Shown piece after piece: positions 47,934 through 59,695 of a stretch of 64,000 nucleotides of DNA. The stretch lies in contig NIVC01001660.1 of the NCBI GenBank assembly GCA_002269645.1, positions 1 to 64,000 of the forward strand. Direction: 5' to 3'. A program made the translations under genes and the position numbers. This DNA comes from Macrostomum lignano (Eukaryota). The notes under the pieces are model-generated. The model had not been told where the DNA came from, ran no database searches, and saw only the letters and a list, made by a program, of their open reading frames with translations. Positions within the stretch are counted from its first letter, which is position 1. Each line of letters starts with the position of its first letter.

Positions 47934-48270
47934 CCGGCTCTGAGCAGCAGCAGCGGAGCAACGGAGAGCGACAGAGGCCGCTTGTTCGGATCAGCCTCAT
48001 GCTGGTCTTCATCAACGTCTTCTTTCTGATCACGTCTTTGCCGTGGAGCATCGGCGCTCTGCTCGAAGTCCAAATTCTAAATAAGCTCAAAGTGAACTTC
48101 TTCATATTGATGATGCGGCACTTCAACTCGCTGCTGTACGCGAACAACGCTCTGTCCTGGGTGTGACGTACTTGATGGGACGGAACTTTCGAGAGGCGTT
48201 TTGCCGAGTGTGGCTGTCCCTGTGCTGCTGCTGCTGCGCCTCCTGCCGTCGTCGCTCCAATTTTGCGTAG
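47934..48270 (+). pseudogene. GPCR copy, portion 3' of the Ginger insertion
   Basis: Resumes at CCGGCTCTGAGCAG, continues through TM6 and TM7 to LCCCCCASCRRRSNFA*. Confidence 0.85.
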
Positions 48271-51200
48271 AGGGTAAAAATATAGCGCTGAACTAAAATT
48301 TCATGTTGCTGAATTAGTCACAATGAGCGTAGATGGCTTATAAATATCAAAGAAGACAACATTTTTAGTAAAAAAATAATATTTTACTGCATTGTCGATT
48401 CAGCTCTGTCCAAATATTGGTCATAGCGTTTCCAGCTGATATCGGCAAAAGAGTGTGTTTGAGCACGTCAGGAGTCGGGATACGACATCTTAGTGAGCTA
48501 GCTACTAGTGACCTAGCCTGAAGGTTAAGCTTCAGGCTTAGGTATAGAAATCAAGGTTTTGCATAGGGTTTAGGTTTTAGGGTCAAAGCAGTAAAATTGT
48601 CTCGGTAAGGTCAGACAGGTTCACAGATAATAAATTACTAGATATTTCACTCTGCATTGAGTTAAGCCATTTTTGTGTTATAGTCTGTGGCTCAAAAAGT
48701 GTCTACTCTTTGGATGAGCGTCAGTGTGCGCATAGCAAGAAAAATTGCTAGTTGCTCCAAAAAGAATTTTGACGCAAGGCACTGCGTGCCTACGGGTGCA
48801 CGCATCCATGTTCGTTCACGCTACTAACCAAAGAGTAGTTGCAAAAATCTAAACAAGAGTGAACTATCTAGGGTTATTGTATCTGTGGACAGGTTTAGTT
48901 GTTTAGTTGCATTTAGAATATATGCACCTTTTTTCATTTAAATTACGTCCAATCCTTTAGTACTGGTTTTAAGCTGTCATTATGGAATCTCTCAAGATTG
49001 GTTGCCTAGGTTTTACGAGTTTAGAGAGCCAGATAGCAAGAGATTTAAACTTGTAATACATAGCGTCTAATTGACACAATCTGAAGTTTGACAACCTCGT
49101 ATAAGAGTCATCTAATCGAGCAAGTGCATTTTTGAACTGTTGACTGCCTTTATGCTTATCTTTCATCGATACAAAGTGTTAAGGTCAGATTCTCCATAAG
49201 TGCACAGAAGCTACAGCAGCCAAGAAAGTTTGGCGCTGACAGCGAAGAAAACCTGCAATAAATTCTTCATGACACGATTAGACCTTTTATTTGAGTAGGC
49301 CATCCTTGTGTCAAGGCCAAAGTATAGACCAATTTGAGTTCAGTTCCTCCATGCCTTTAGCTCGGATATAGTATTAAGTCGGAAGAACGAAACCGCGGAT
49401 AGCAAATATCGTCCATAAATGTGATTATCAGCTTATCAGCTGCCAAAATTGTCACCTTAACTCAGCTAACGTACATGTAGAACCAGAGGATTCCGCCAGC
49501 AAGACATTATTTGTAGCCGATCTGGAACTTAATTGGTCTAAAAGTATAGCTATAACCACAATGGATCAAGAGGGCCAGAGAACTTTAATTGCAATAATAG
49601 CGAGGGTACCATAGATGGAAATTGCGGAGGTGACAGAGAAGAACAAAAGAGTCATTAAACACAGTAGATAGTACGTTTGGATGCCTTCGATACCGAGCTG
49701 ATATGAGCGAGGACAAGAAAAATTTATGAAACAACTTTGCAAGCACCGTATCGAAACAATTGTTGTGTGCTGCACTTCGGTATACTACAAGGGCACTCCG
49801 TCCTATGCGTGTACTCTTACTGGATTTTCTTTGTTTATTTACTCTAATTGTTTTGGCGTCTCGGCTCTGGCTGGTTGGCGGCGGGCCCCGGGCTGAGACT
49901 TTGTGACTTCCCCGTCAGGTGTCGCCAGCTGATTGGTTGAGCCAGGCGTTTTTGTCTCTCCCGCTGTTACTGTAACTTTTTTGCTGCTCTCTGATTGGCT
50001 AGGGGTGATGGGCGCTGGGTGTCCCTCCCCCCGGGCAGGGTGGTGGGCTGGAAGGTGTGAGCCGTTTTTAGATCCGTACATGCTGTTGAAACCCGCGGAT
50101 TTTGAACCCGTGGAATTCTAATCCTCGGAACTATTTTTGCATGTATTCTAGAATCTGAAGTCATACTAAAAAAAACTTGTTAATAGTTAGGATAGAGGTA
50201 CGTAAATATAAAATGGTGTAAATTCGTGCAAAATTAAAATTTTTGGCAAGCATTGATCTCGTTGGCTAGGGTGCTGCGCAGAATGTCAGGCAATGTCTGT
50301 CTAAAACATGTACGAGCTATTGGCAAACTCTGGCCTCTGCCTCTGCCTGTACGTCCCTCGGATCCTTGAAAACTTCTATCCTCTCTAGGGAATCCGTCCC
50401 TGGGGACACTCGCCGGGGACCCCGGGGAATTTTCACAAAAACCTACCCGGGAATTCGTATCGGGGACCCCGCGGGCAAATAGGAAAGTGAAGTAGTCACG
50501 GAAATTGATGTAGCAACATTGTTAAAGCTGTGTGCAATTAATTTTAAATGATAATGCATATACATAGTAGTGTGTACTCGTAGATTAAAAATTGCCTTAA
50601 TATATAGCCGTGAGTTAACAACTTCGGGTTGGCAATCTGCAGTACATATAACAGCATGACAGTCTATAAAGACAATAGCTATATTTTACTCAGACTACGC
50701 TCCATACTGTTTTTTACTCATCATTCAATATTCATTCAATATCATCATTCAACCTTTTGTAGTTTTTTACTGCTTCTAGCAAATCTAATAAAATTCTAAC
50801 AATGTATATGTTGTTTAACCTGTGTGAATAGTAATTTACTTCGTTTTTTGCTTGCAATCATTTAAGATCGAAATGTGACTGACTAACTGTCCAGTGTCCA
50901 GTCCCAGTGTCCACGCGTGCAAATGCAAAAAAATTATCTCATCTTTAGAAGAGATAAAATTTCTACATCTCTACAGTACCTAGCCAGTACCTTCCCATAC
51001 GCCGGCTTGTTCGTCTCGGCGCTGTGCTGAATGTGACCGTCATTACAGCGCCCAAACCACCGGGCATTGCGAGCACTCGCGTCCTGACGCAGGCGGGTAA
51101 GGACCCAGATACTAGTAGAGTACCCTGCACGCCCTCAAGGACCACCGAGGTTAGGGGTCAGGAATACAACACAATGCATAGATAAAACATTTCTGGTTCT

Positions 51201-51417
51201 TTTTTGTGAAAAAAATGCCGACGATGTATACTGCTAGTAAATCAGTAGCCACTGATAACTGGCCAAGCATGTAACGCAAGGAATCGGCTTATTCAGCAGT
51301 CTGTCATTGGCTGGCGAGAGTCGGTGAAAGTTTAGTCATCCAGAGAAGTATATGTATAAGTAGCCCCAAACTGAGACCTCAAGACAAGTTAGCTAAGCCA
51401 CAATTCAAATTTTCACC

Positions 51418-52470
51418 ATGAACAGCACCGACAATACTACTCATGTAGCAAATGATCCATGGTTCCACGACACCACCTGGAACTGGTTCATCTGGAACGT
51501 CTTCGTCTGGCTCTTTCCGCTGCTCTGTCTGGTCGGAGCGGTCGCGAACGCCATTTCCTTTTACGTGATCGTGTCCAACAGGAAGTCGTTTCCCTACGTC
51601 ACCAGGCAGTACCTCACCATCATCACTGCCAGTGACTTTCTCATTCTCACGTGCAAGGTGAGCACTCACTACTTTGGCTACATGGCATTCTTTGTGAAGA
51701 CGAACAAGTGGACCTGGTTCACTTTTCCAAGAGACTGGGGACTCGCTTGGTGCATTGTGTACGACTTCTTTACATACTATGCAGTCATGGGTGTTCAGTT
51801 TTTTCAACTGGGCCTCATGGCGGATCGGCTGATTGCAGTAGCGGTTCCGATGAAGGCGAAGGTGATCCTGACTCACCGCAGAAGCTGGGTGATGCTGAGC
51901 CTCATCACTGCAATGTCACTGCTACTGCCGATCCTGTTTGTCGCGAATCGGACGTGGAACGACGCCAAAAACTCATGCGTTCTACGCAGTAAAGACTATC
52001 TAGTGAACGTGTACCAGCCGGCCGAGTTCTACTTCGGCAGGGTGTTCCTCGTTCTGGCGCTGACGTCGGGCACGGTGGCCATCTGCGTTCTGCTGGCCTG
52101 GAACAACAGGACCGCTCGGCGAATGCACTCTGACACGGCCGGCTCTGAGCAGCAGCAGCGGAGCAACCGAGAGCGACAGAGGTCGCTTGTTCGGATCAGC
52201 CTCATGCTGGTCTTCATCAACGTCTTCTTTCTGATCACGTCTCTGCCGTGGAGTGTAAGCGCCCTGCTAGAGCGCGAGATCATCGAGCGCATGGGAGAGA
52301 AGTTCAACTCTATCATATTGTTTCACTTCAACTCGCTGCTGTACGCGAACAACGCTCTGTCCTGGGTGACGTACTTGATGGGACGGAACTTTCGAGAGGC
52401 GTTTCGCCGAGTGTGGCTGTCCCTGTGCTGCTGCTGCTGCGCTGCCTTCCGTCATCGAGTGGACACTTAG
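51418..52470 (+). CDS. Intronless class A (rhodopsin-like) orphan GPCR, 350 aa, peptide-receptor/Srw-like
   Basis: Seven hydrophobic segments, N-terminal NST/NTT glycosylation sites, GAVAN (TM1), ASD (TM2), DRL (TM3), LPW (TM6), poly-Cys tail. Confidence 0.9.
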   Translation: MNSTDNTTHVANDPWFHDTTWNWFIWNVFVWLFPLLCLVGAVANAISFYVIVSNRKSFPYVTRQYLTIITASDFLILTCKVSTHYFGYMAFFVKTNKWTWFTFPRDWGLAWCIVYDFFTYYAVMGVQFFQLGLMADRLIAVAVPMKAKVILTHRRSWVMLSLITAMSLLLPILFVANRTWNDAKNSCVLRSKDYLVNVYQPAEFYFGRVFLVLALTSGTVAICVLLAWNNRTARRMHSDTAGSEQQQRSNRERQRSLVRISLMLVFINVFFLITSLPWSVSALLEREIIERMGEKFNSIILFHFNSLLYANNALSWVTYLMGRNFREAFRRVWLSLCCCCCAAFRHRVDT

Positions 52471-52964
52471 GGCAGCAGCTCGACGGCCAGCACTGGGCAG
52501 GGCGCTCGTTGGAGCCCAAAACCTGACTCGGAGGCTGATACCTAACACATTTAGCTCGTTTGATGGACTAACTGGATCGCTTTAGAGCAGCTTGACTTGC
52601 ACAGATTTTTCATCGCAATCAGTGCATGCGAACAAAAGTGGCTGCAGTCTGCGGTTGATGGCACTGGTATTGAGATAATTCAAAAGCAAACAGCAGCTAG
52701 GTGTATGCGTTGTAGTTTAATGAAAAATGATTGATTGAAGCCTCTTTTTTGTCGAGTGCAAATAAGTATAGCTAAGTATAGCTACGATAGGAATTCAAAT
52801 TGCGAAGCCCAGAGACGAGAGAGAATGCTAGTACGGCATCAAAGAAAATGACGTCGAAGAAAGCGAAAAACGATTTTGCTCTGCGCGCATTGCAAATAAC
52901 TATTGCTGTGTGCCCATGGCAACTATTACCAAGTTCCTTTTAGTCTCTGTCTGCACTAGTAAAT

Positions 52965-53711
52965 ATAGCTTTTTGCAGCCCATTTGAGCCTACGCGCACT
53001 AAATTTAATCTAAGATACGTTTGCCAATGTAACGGAGCTTTTGTCTATGGTAGCAAGGCTGCCACAGCGGCATTTGATTTGGTCCAACAAGCATCAATTT
53101 GGTCCAAACCTCGTGAGCCATTCGGGAAATTCTTGCCTTCTCGCAACCGTCTGCAGGTTGTTCCGTACCGCTGGAATATCAGCGTCTCTACCAACAATTT
53201 TCAGTCGCTTTTTCATAGCCCTGCCAATAGTCGAAATCCGATAACCAACTGTAGCTGTTCCTTCAACTTCTGCTGCATTTTTGCTCCGTTAACAAAGGGT
53301 TCGTGTCAACTGCATCGAGTAGCAGTTGGACCTGAGGCTCTCGCAACTTGCCTTGGCGATTTCCACCCTTTCGCAGGCGACCTCTGCCGCCAGTGGTTTC
53401 AACGCGCTGATGGATGCTGTAAACCATCTTTTCCGCAGCCTCGCAATGTTTTTTTGGTGTTCACCTCTGTCGAGTGCTTCGATCACAAGCCAATGGTTCA
53501 ACAGCCTAGCACATGGTCCACAATTCTGGGGCTGATCTTGCTCCTCCGCAGCAGTTGCAAATGAAGCTATGGACCGAATTGATGCTTGTTGGATCAAATG
53601 AAATGCTGCTGTGCCAGCCTTGCTACCATAGACAAAAGCTCCGTTACATTGGCAAACCTATCTTGGATTAACTCCAATGCGCGTAAGCCCAAATGGGCTA
53701 CAAAAAGCTAT
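52965..53711. mobile_element. Non-autonomous DNA transposon with ~140-bp imperfect TIRs and an HTH-like internal remnant
   Basis: 52965-53104 is the reverse complement of 53572-53711. Minus-strand internal fragments (IEALDRGEHQKNIA; STIGRAMKK..VARRQEF) resemble a Tc1/IS630 N-terminus. Confidence 0.6.
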
Positions 53712-55165
53712 TTTTGTGTGATTCGTAAACCTAAGCTGCAGCTTTTAGAGGAAAACCAACACTAATTAGCACCTAATACACTGTTCCCTGTAAATAACTT
53801 GATGCTATATTCTAATGATATTCATCGACTCTATCAACTGATTTATGCAACATTTATCCAGGACTTACAGCCATTACTATACAAAAAGTCAGTATCCATG
53901 CCTTTTTGCGAGCGCGTAAAAACCCTTTAACAATGAGAGTTTTATTCAGTCCAAATGCATAAATTTTGCTCCAAGTGAGCGGGTTAAAAGAAAAAATCTG
54001 CGATTACTTTTTTGGAAAAGACTTTCAGAAACTTTTCCTGATGAAGACAAAAATCTGGTTCCGTCAGAATTGAACGGCAAACAGTCCGCTTGTCAGCATT
54101 GTCCGCCCAACTCCGGATAAACCGGCTGAATCGTTCTTAGCAAAGTTTTTTCTCTCCGGCTTGTATCGATTTATACGTTTGTTTTACTAGGCCATGCTTC
54201 CTGTGGAGTTCAACTTTTGAGCAACTCAAGTTTCTGTTGACGCACGATTAACTGACTCTCGCTGACGCGTCAATTAAAACTTATTTGCACCAATGAGGAA
54301 GTAATTTCTAAAGACAAATAGTAACCTTTAAAAATGACGATTTGTCGAATGCTGAGATAATTTCCGTAGCATTGTCGCAGCCTGACTTACGACTGATTCC
54401 CGTCGTCAAGCTAAACAGCTTTTTGTGTGCCGCACTGCCACCTACCCAAGCTTGTCTTCCAAGCGACCCCTATCATCTTCGTCCGTCTTGTTGATTGAAG
54501 TTCAAGACTTGCACAGCAGCCGTGGCAACTTGTACCTACCTGTGAGATCAAGGTGGGTCGATGATTTTTGCAGCCATCTAAGGCCATGCATAGCTTGGAG
54601 CGCGCTTTTGCGCGAGGCTCTGTCTGCAGTTTATTTCGTTCTTTCTGATCGTTTCTGTCTGATTTCTGTTTAGTTCCTTCGTGGCCTTTGAGCCTGCTTT
54701 TGTTTGGTTGTGCGTTTGAAAGACTTAATGACGAGCATCCGGCCCCGCTGATCGAATTCTTGTGCTAGTTTGATGCTTTTCGTTTCCTCATTGCGAAGGA
54801 GATGCAATTGCGAATGAAGTCTCATTGCTAAGGGACTTCCACATGGACATACCAGTATCCATGTACTATAACAAACTACTATAAAATTTATGGTTACACC
54901 AGGACGTAAGTTTTCTGTTACTTAGCACTAAATTGGAAACCTCTTAGCATTGTGGCTTCGAGAAGTGCAAAATGTGCATTTAAAATCTTACATGCTAGAG
55001 AATGAAGAGTTCCACAACTAAAAAAACAATTAAAAACCGAAATTGCTACTTTAAGTAAAATATTAAAATATCTGAGCATTATTCTTTAGACAATAAAAGT
55101 GGAATCAGTAAAGTCTCACCTTTTACAACTTATCAAATGCGCTCATATTCAGCAAAGCAAGCGAT

Positions 55166-56038
55166 TCTCATTCTCACGTGCAAGGTGAGCACTCATTACT
55201 TTGGCTACATGGCATTCTAGTGAAGACGAACAAGTGGACCTGGTTCACCAATCCGAGAGGTTGGATACTCGCTTGGTGCAATGTGTACGACTTCTTTACC
55301 TACTATGCTGTCATGGGTGTTCAGTTCTTCCAACTGGGTCTCACGGTAGATCGGCTGATTGCGGTAGCGGCTCCGATGAAGGCCAAGGTGATCCTGACTC
55401 ACCGCAGAAGCTGTCTGATGCTGAGCCTCATCACTGCAACGTCACTGCTACTGCCGATCATGTTCGTCGCGAATCGGACTTGGAACGACGCCAAAAACTC
55501 GTGCGTTCTACGCAGTGAAGACTATCTAGTGAACGTGTACCAGCCGGCCGAGTTCTACTTCGGCAGGGTGTTCCTCGTTCTGGCGCTGACGTCGGGCACG
55601 GTGGTCATCTGCGTGCTGCTGGCCTGGAACAACAGGACCGCTCGGCGAAGGCACTCCAACACGACCGGCTCTGAGCAGCAGCAGCGGAGCAACCGAGAGC
55701 GACAGAGGTCGCTTGTTCGGATCAGCCTCATGCTGGTCTTCATCAACGTCTTCTTTCTGATCACGTCTTTGCCGTGGAGCATCGGCGCTCTGCTCGAAGA
55801 CCAGCTGGTTAATGAACTTGGAGTCAACCCTTTTATATTGATGATGCGGCACTGCAACTCGCTGCTGTACACGAACAACGCTCTGTCCTGGGTGACGTAC
55901 TTGATGGGACGGAACTTCCGAGAGGCGTTTCGCCGAGTGTGGCTGTCCCTGTGCTGCTGCTGCTGCGCCTCCTGCCGTCGTCGACTGGACGCTTCAAGCA
56001 GCAGCTCGACGGCGAGCACTCGACAGAGCGTACGTTAG
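55166..56038 (+). pseudogene. 5'-truncated GPCR paralogue (from TM2), one frameshift
   Basis: Homology begins abruptly at LILTCKV. The rest closely matches the copies at 20.8 and 51.4 kb. Confidence 0.85.
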
Positions 56039-56901
56039 AACTCAGACCGAGCATGATTGCAGGGTCTTTGAGCTGCTTGACTCGTGAACTGACAGAATTT
56101 TTAATACGTTTTCGAGAATCAAGGCAATCTTTATTTGTTTTTTGGCTTCAGCTTTAATGAGAAAGTTTCTGTAAATCTCTGGTTATTACTCTTTACTGGC
56201 TATTTTCTGTCCTTTTTTCTTCTGGCTGTGCTCAGTTTGTTAGCGCTTTTGCCGCCCGAAAAGGAAAGTTAAGCATGTTAATTGGCTGTCAGTTGCTGAG
56301 TTTCTCTACTTGTGCAAGCTGCTTTGAGGAGTGACAAATCAAGCTGAGATGCAATTAACCTGGCTGTTATCTCTTATAACAATTGAGGTTCAGCTGTAAG
56401 ATCCGAGTTTCTTAACTCTGTGCACAACGTTCGAATGTAAAGCATGTGACAACTGGTCACATATCGTTAGATCGCCTGGCCTAAAACTTACGTTGCACTG
56501 CTGACTTACAGTGTGCGTAACAGGTAAGAAGTCAACAACTTTAAATTGATAAAATAGATTGGAGTAAATTCATGGATAAAATCGACAGAGAGAAAAGATC
56601 AACAATGGAATTATACCTATCTCTAAGACAAGTGCGTCTCTATAGAAGTTTCCCTTATCGAGTTCAGCGCCTTTTGTCGATATCGAGCAACCTTTTTGTC
56701 GAGAGTTCGCTGGAGCAACTAAAGCATTTGGCATTTGGCAAGGGTCTTTGCAGTCAGCTCTGGGCAAGAGCTCTTTCCCTGGCACTCATCAGCTATCACC
56801 AGCAAGTTATGTAGCTATCAACTTTCATGTGAATTTATGCTAAAAATTACAGAGCCAACCTAATTAGTAAAACGTAGCCTTAGTTTATTTTCGATAATTT
56901 T

Positions 56902-57210
56902 TCATATGTGAATACGAAAAAATAGGGCTTTATTGTACGACTTTACATCCCCGATTAGGTTTTTTAGTTGTTTTTTAGTTAGTTTTTCAACCAAAAATTC
57001 TCTCATTTCCTGATCGGCCTTGCACAATCCTTTTTTCCGAACACCGCGACGAAGGGATTCCACTCTGCCATCGAATCGAAAGTTGGCAGCGATTCGGAAT
57101 GCGGTTGTTTTTCTGATTTGCAAGATTCTTGCAGCTTCTGCGATGGATGACCATTGTTTAATCGCATCAATCAGCCGCTGGCGATCTGCTACAGGAATTG
57201 GTGGCACCAT
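56902..57210 (-). pseudogene. Tc1/mariner-like transposase N-terminal HTH fragment
   Basis: DRQRLIDAI..SIAEAARILQIRKTTAFRI...GRVESLRRG resembles a paired-like HTH. No DDE domain follows. Confidence 0.5.
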
Positions 57211-57361
57211 TGGATGGGGTCGCTTTCAGGCCAAAGACGGGCAAACAGGGGAGTGAGGGACAGAGAGCCATAAAATCTCAGTCCGATTCCCGTACTTTTC
57301 CCGTATTGAATGTCCAAAGTTATTGTCTATGGCTAAGCCTCGCTCAGTAGACATAGACATT

Positions 57362-57555
57362 GGGCCGTATGCAGAAAGCTCTGTCTAGGGTAGTCCGGTC
57401 TTGAAAAGCTAGTCTGGACTTGGATTTGGTATGCAGAAACACAAAGTTAGATCGATCTACTATAGACAGAACTAGGGTAGCTAGACCATAGACCATAGAC
57501 TGAACTACCCAAGTCCGGACTAGCTAGTCTGGACTAAGCTTTCTGCATACGGCCC
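57362..57555. mobile_element. PIF/Harbinger-like MITE, 194 bp
   Basis: 19-bp TIR GGGCCGTATGCAGAAAGCT and 3-bp TSD ATT on both sides. Confidence 0.85.
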
Positions 57556-59593
57556 ATTGCTAAACTGCTAAAGTCCATGACTAGGGTGTGATCTGAGGCC
57601 TGGCTTGAATGTCTTTGGCATCCCATCTTGATATTGTCCAAATTCCCATTTATATCGTCAGAAGCGAGACTATGGATTGCTCATCGGAAATAATCTATGG
57701 TCAATTTGGCTTCTCGAAACTTGGAATTTACCTCCTTAGGTATCTATTGGCTGATGAAAGTTGAAAATAATCCCCCGTAGGGTTTGACTCGCTTTTGAGT
57801 CGTCAGGATGGGGAAATCCAAAGATCGGGGTGTGAGCTTGACTTTCGATTTCATAGAATATTGTTGCAGTACACAGATAAGCAGCCAAGCTGAAGTTGCT
57901 CCCTCAAGCTCAACAACTCAGAGACATGCACGCTGATGGGATCGCTCGAGTAACATGTTTACTCGAGGTGACGTTGGCCTGATGCACCTACATAGAATAC
58001 ATGTACATGTACACGTATACTTTCAAAATCTGTGACACACATGAGGCACTAATACAACCTTGTAGGCTCGTGCATACATTTAAATCATCGCACCAAACGA
58101 ACCGTGACCACACCCATGCAGGTCCCTAAGGCACATCCTGTGACGCTGTTTTTTCGTCTCTTTTTAAGACCTTTTGTACTCGTACGTGTAGCAGTGTGTG
58201 TGTGTTTTGCGGCTGCTACTTGTACGTCTCAAGTTATTAAACTAGTATAGGTTCATTTATCGCTATTCTATTCATACTACAGCTAGATTGTCTAACTACT
58301 GAAGCCAGTCATCCACAAAAATTAGGCGTTAAAAATAAAAAAATCGCGATTAAACTGATTATCTGAAGCAAATGTGCTAAACAATTCTGTTTTTATTACG
58401 TCTGCACATTAAGGAGTGAAAACCTGATGCCATTAATCGTGCACTGACTGCCCCCAGTTCGGCTTTGGAAACAAAGTGTCTCAAAGAACATTTCAGTTGG
58501 AGGTCGTCGTGGTCTTCACCCCGTCATGTACCAGGAATGGCCTCACAACAGTGCGGACCAGATCATGATTCCACTGCCTTTTTTATGATATGCACGTGCA
58601 TGGTTATAGGAGTCTAACCGGATGGCGCCCAGCTCTGGCCCAGCCATCAGTCTTGAAGTCCCTCTTCCATTTCAGACGCCTGTCACGATAACTTTTGGTC
58701 TGCAACGGCCTTGGCAAAGATCGTGACATGCTGTGCGATACTGCCCCTTCGGCCCCTCCGGCTCAAACAGGGTCTCACTGCACAGAACACAGGCAACCTC
58801 TTGCTTGATCTGACACCGAGACACTAGCTTGAATTTTTTGGAGACAACGTTGCCCATCCTGCTAGCGTCAGCGAACTTGATTGTTTATCAAAATTAGCGG
58901 ACTTAGCGGATGAGCGGTACCTTCGATAGTTTGGACCTAATTTCGAGGTCTGCGTCTTCTTATAGTGCGGTCCAATACAAAATTTTAAAATAGACAGCGG
59001 ACAATCAGCTACAAAAGTCAGCGTTCTTCAACTTTGGTAACGATCCCGCTGCCTCTGGCGAACGCACCATGGGGCTCGGTCAATCTGAGCTTTTTTGGAC
59101 AGTGCCAGGTTTTTCGCTTGCCCATTATGGCTCCTGGATGTTGTCAGAGTCGTGATTGCGATAACACTCGTAAATTCCTATCATATTAAACTGCGCAAAA
59201 GCTTAAGTTTGAGCAAGTTTCGGAAATAAGGTGCGTGAATGTATAGAAATCAATGTATGCAATATGAACACTACATGTACATGCTAATTGAGACCATGTG
59301 AAGAGATTACATGCAACTTCAAGTCTAGCATTCTTCTCACATGACTTGGCTATCGCTTGGTCATAGACCCTTAATTCCTTAATTGTACCATGACCTCTTT
59401 ACCCTTTGGGCATATAATGTCGCCCATCGATTCCAAGCTCTCGTTACCACCCAAAAAAGTGACAGGAGTAAAGCAAAAAATGGGACAAAGACATGTCTAT
59501 GGCCGAAAACTCATTATCTTGCAAGTACAGCAACGCCTAGACCACGAGTGCGCGTCGCACATCTACCCACATCTCCCAATAGTACTCGTATAT

Positions 59594-59695
59594 TAACGCC
59601 TAACGGCGCCCTCTGATTTCCCATTTACGCCCCTAAAGCATGGGTATTACTATACTGCATTAATACCCATGCTTTACGCTCGTAAAGGCGTTAAT
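59594..59695. repeat. Small hairpin/palindrome
   Basis: AAAGCATGGGTATTA...TAATACCCATGCTTT (15-bp stem), nested in TAACGCC...GGCGTTA. Confidence 0.7.
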
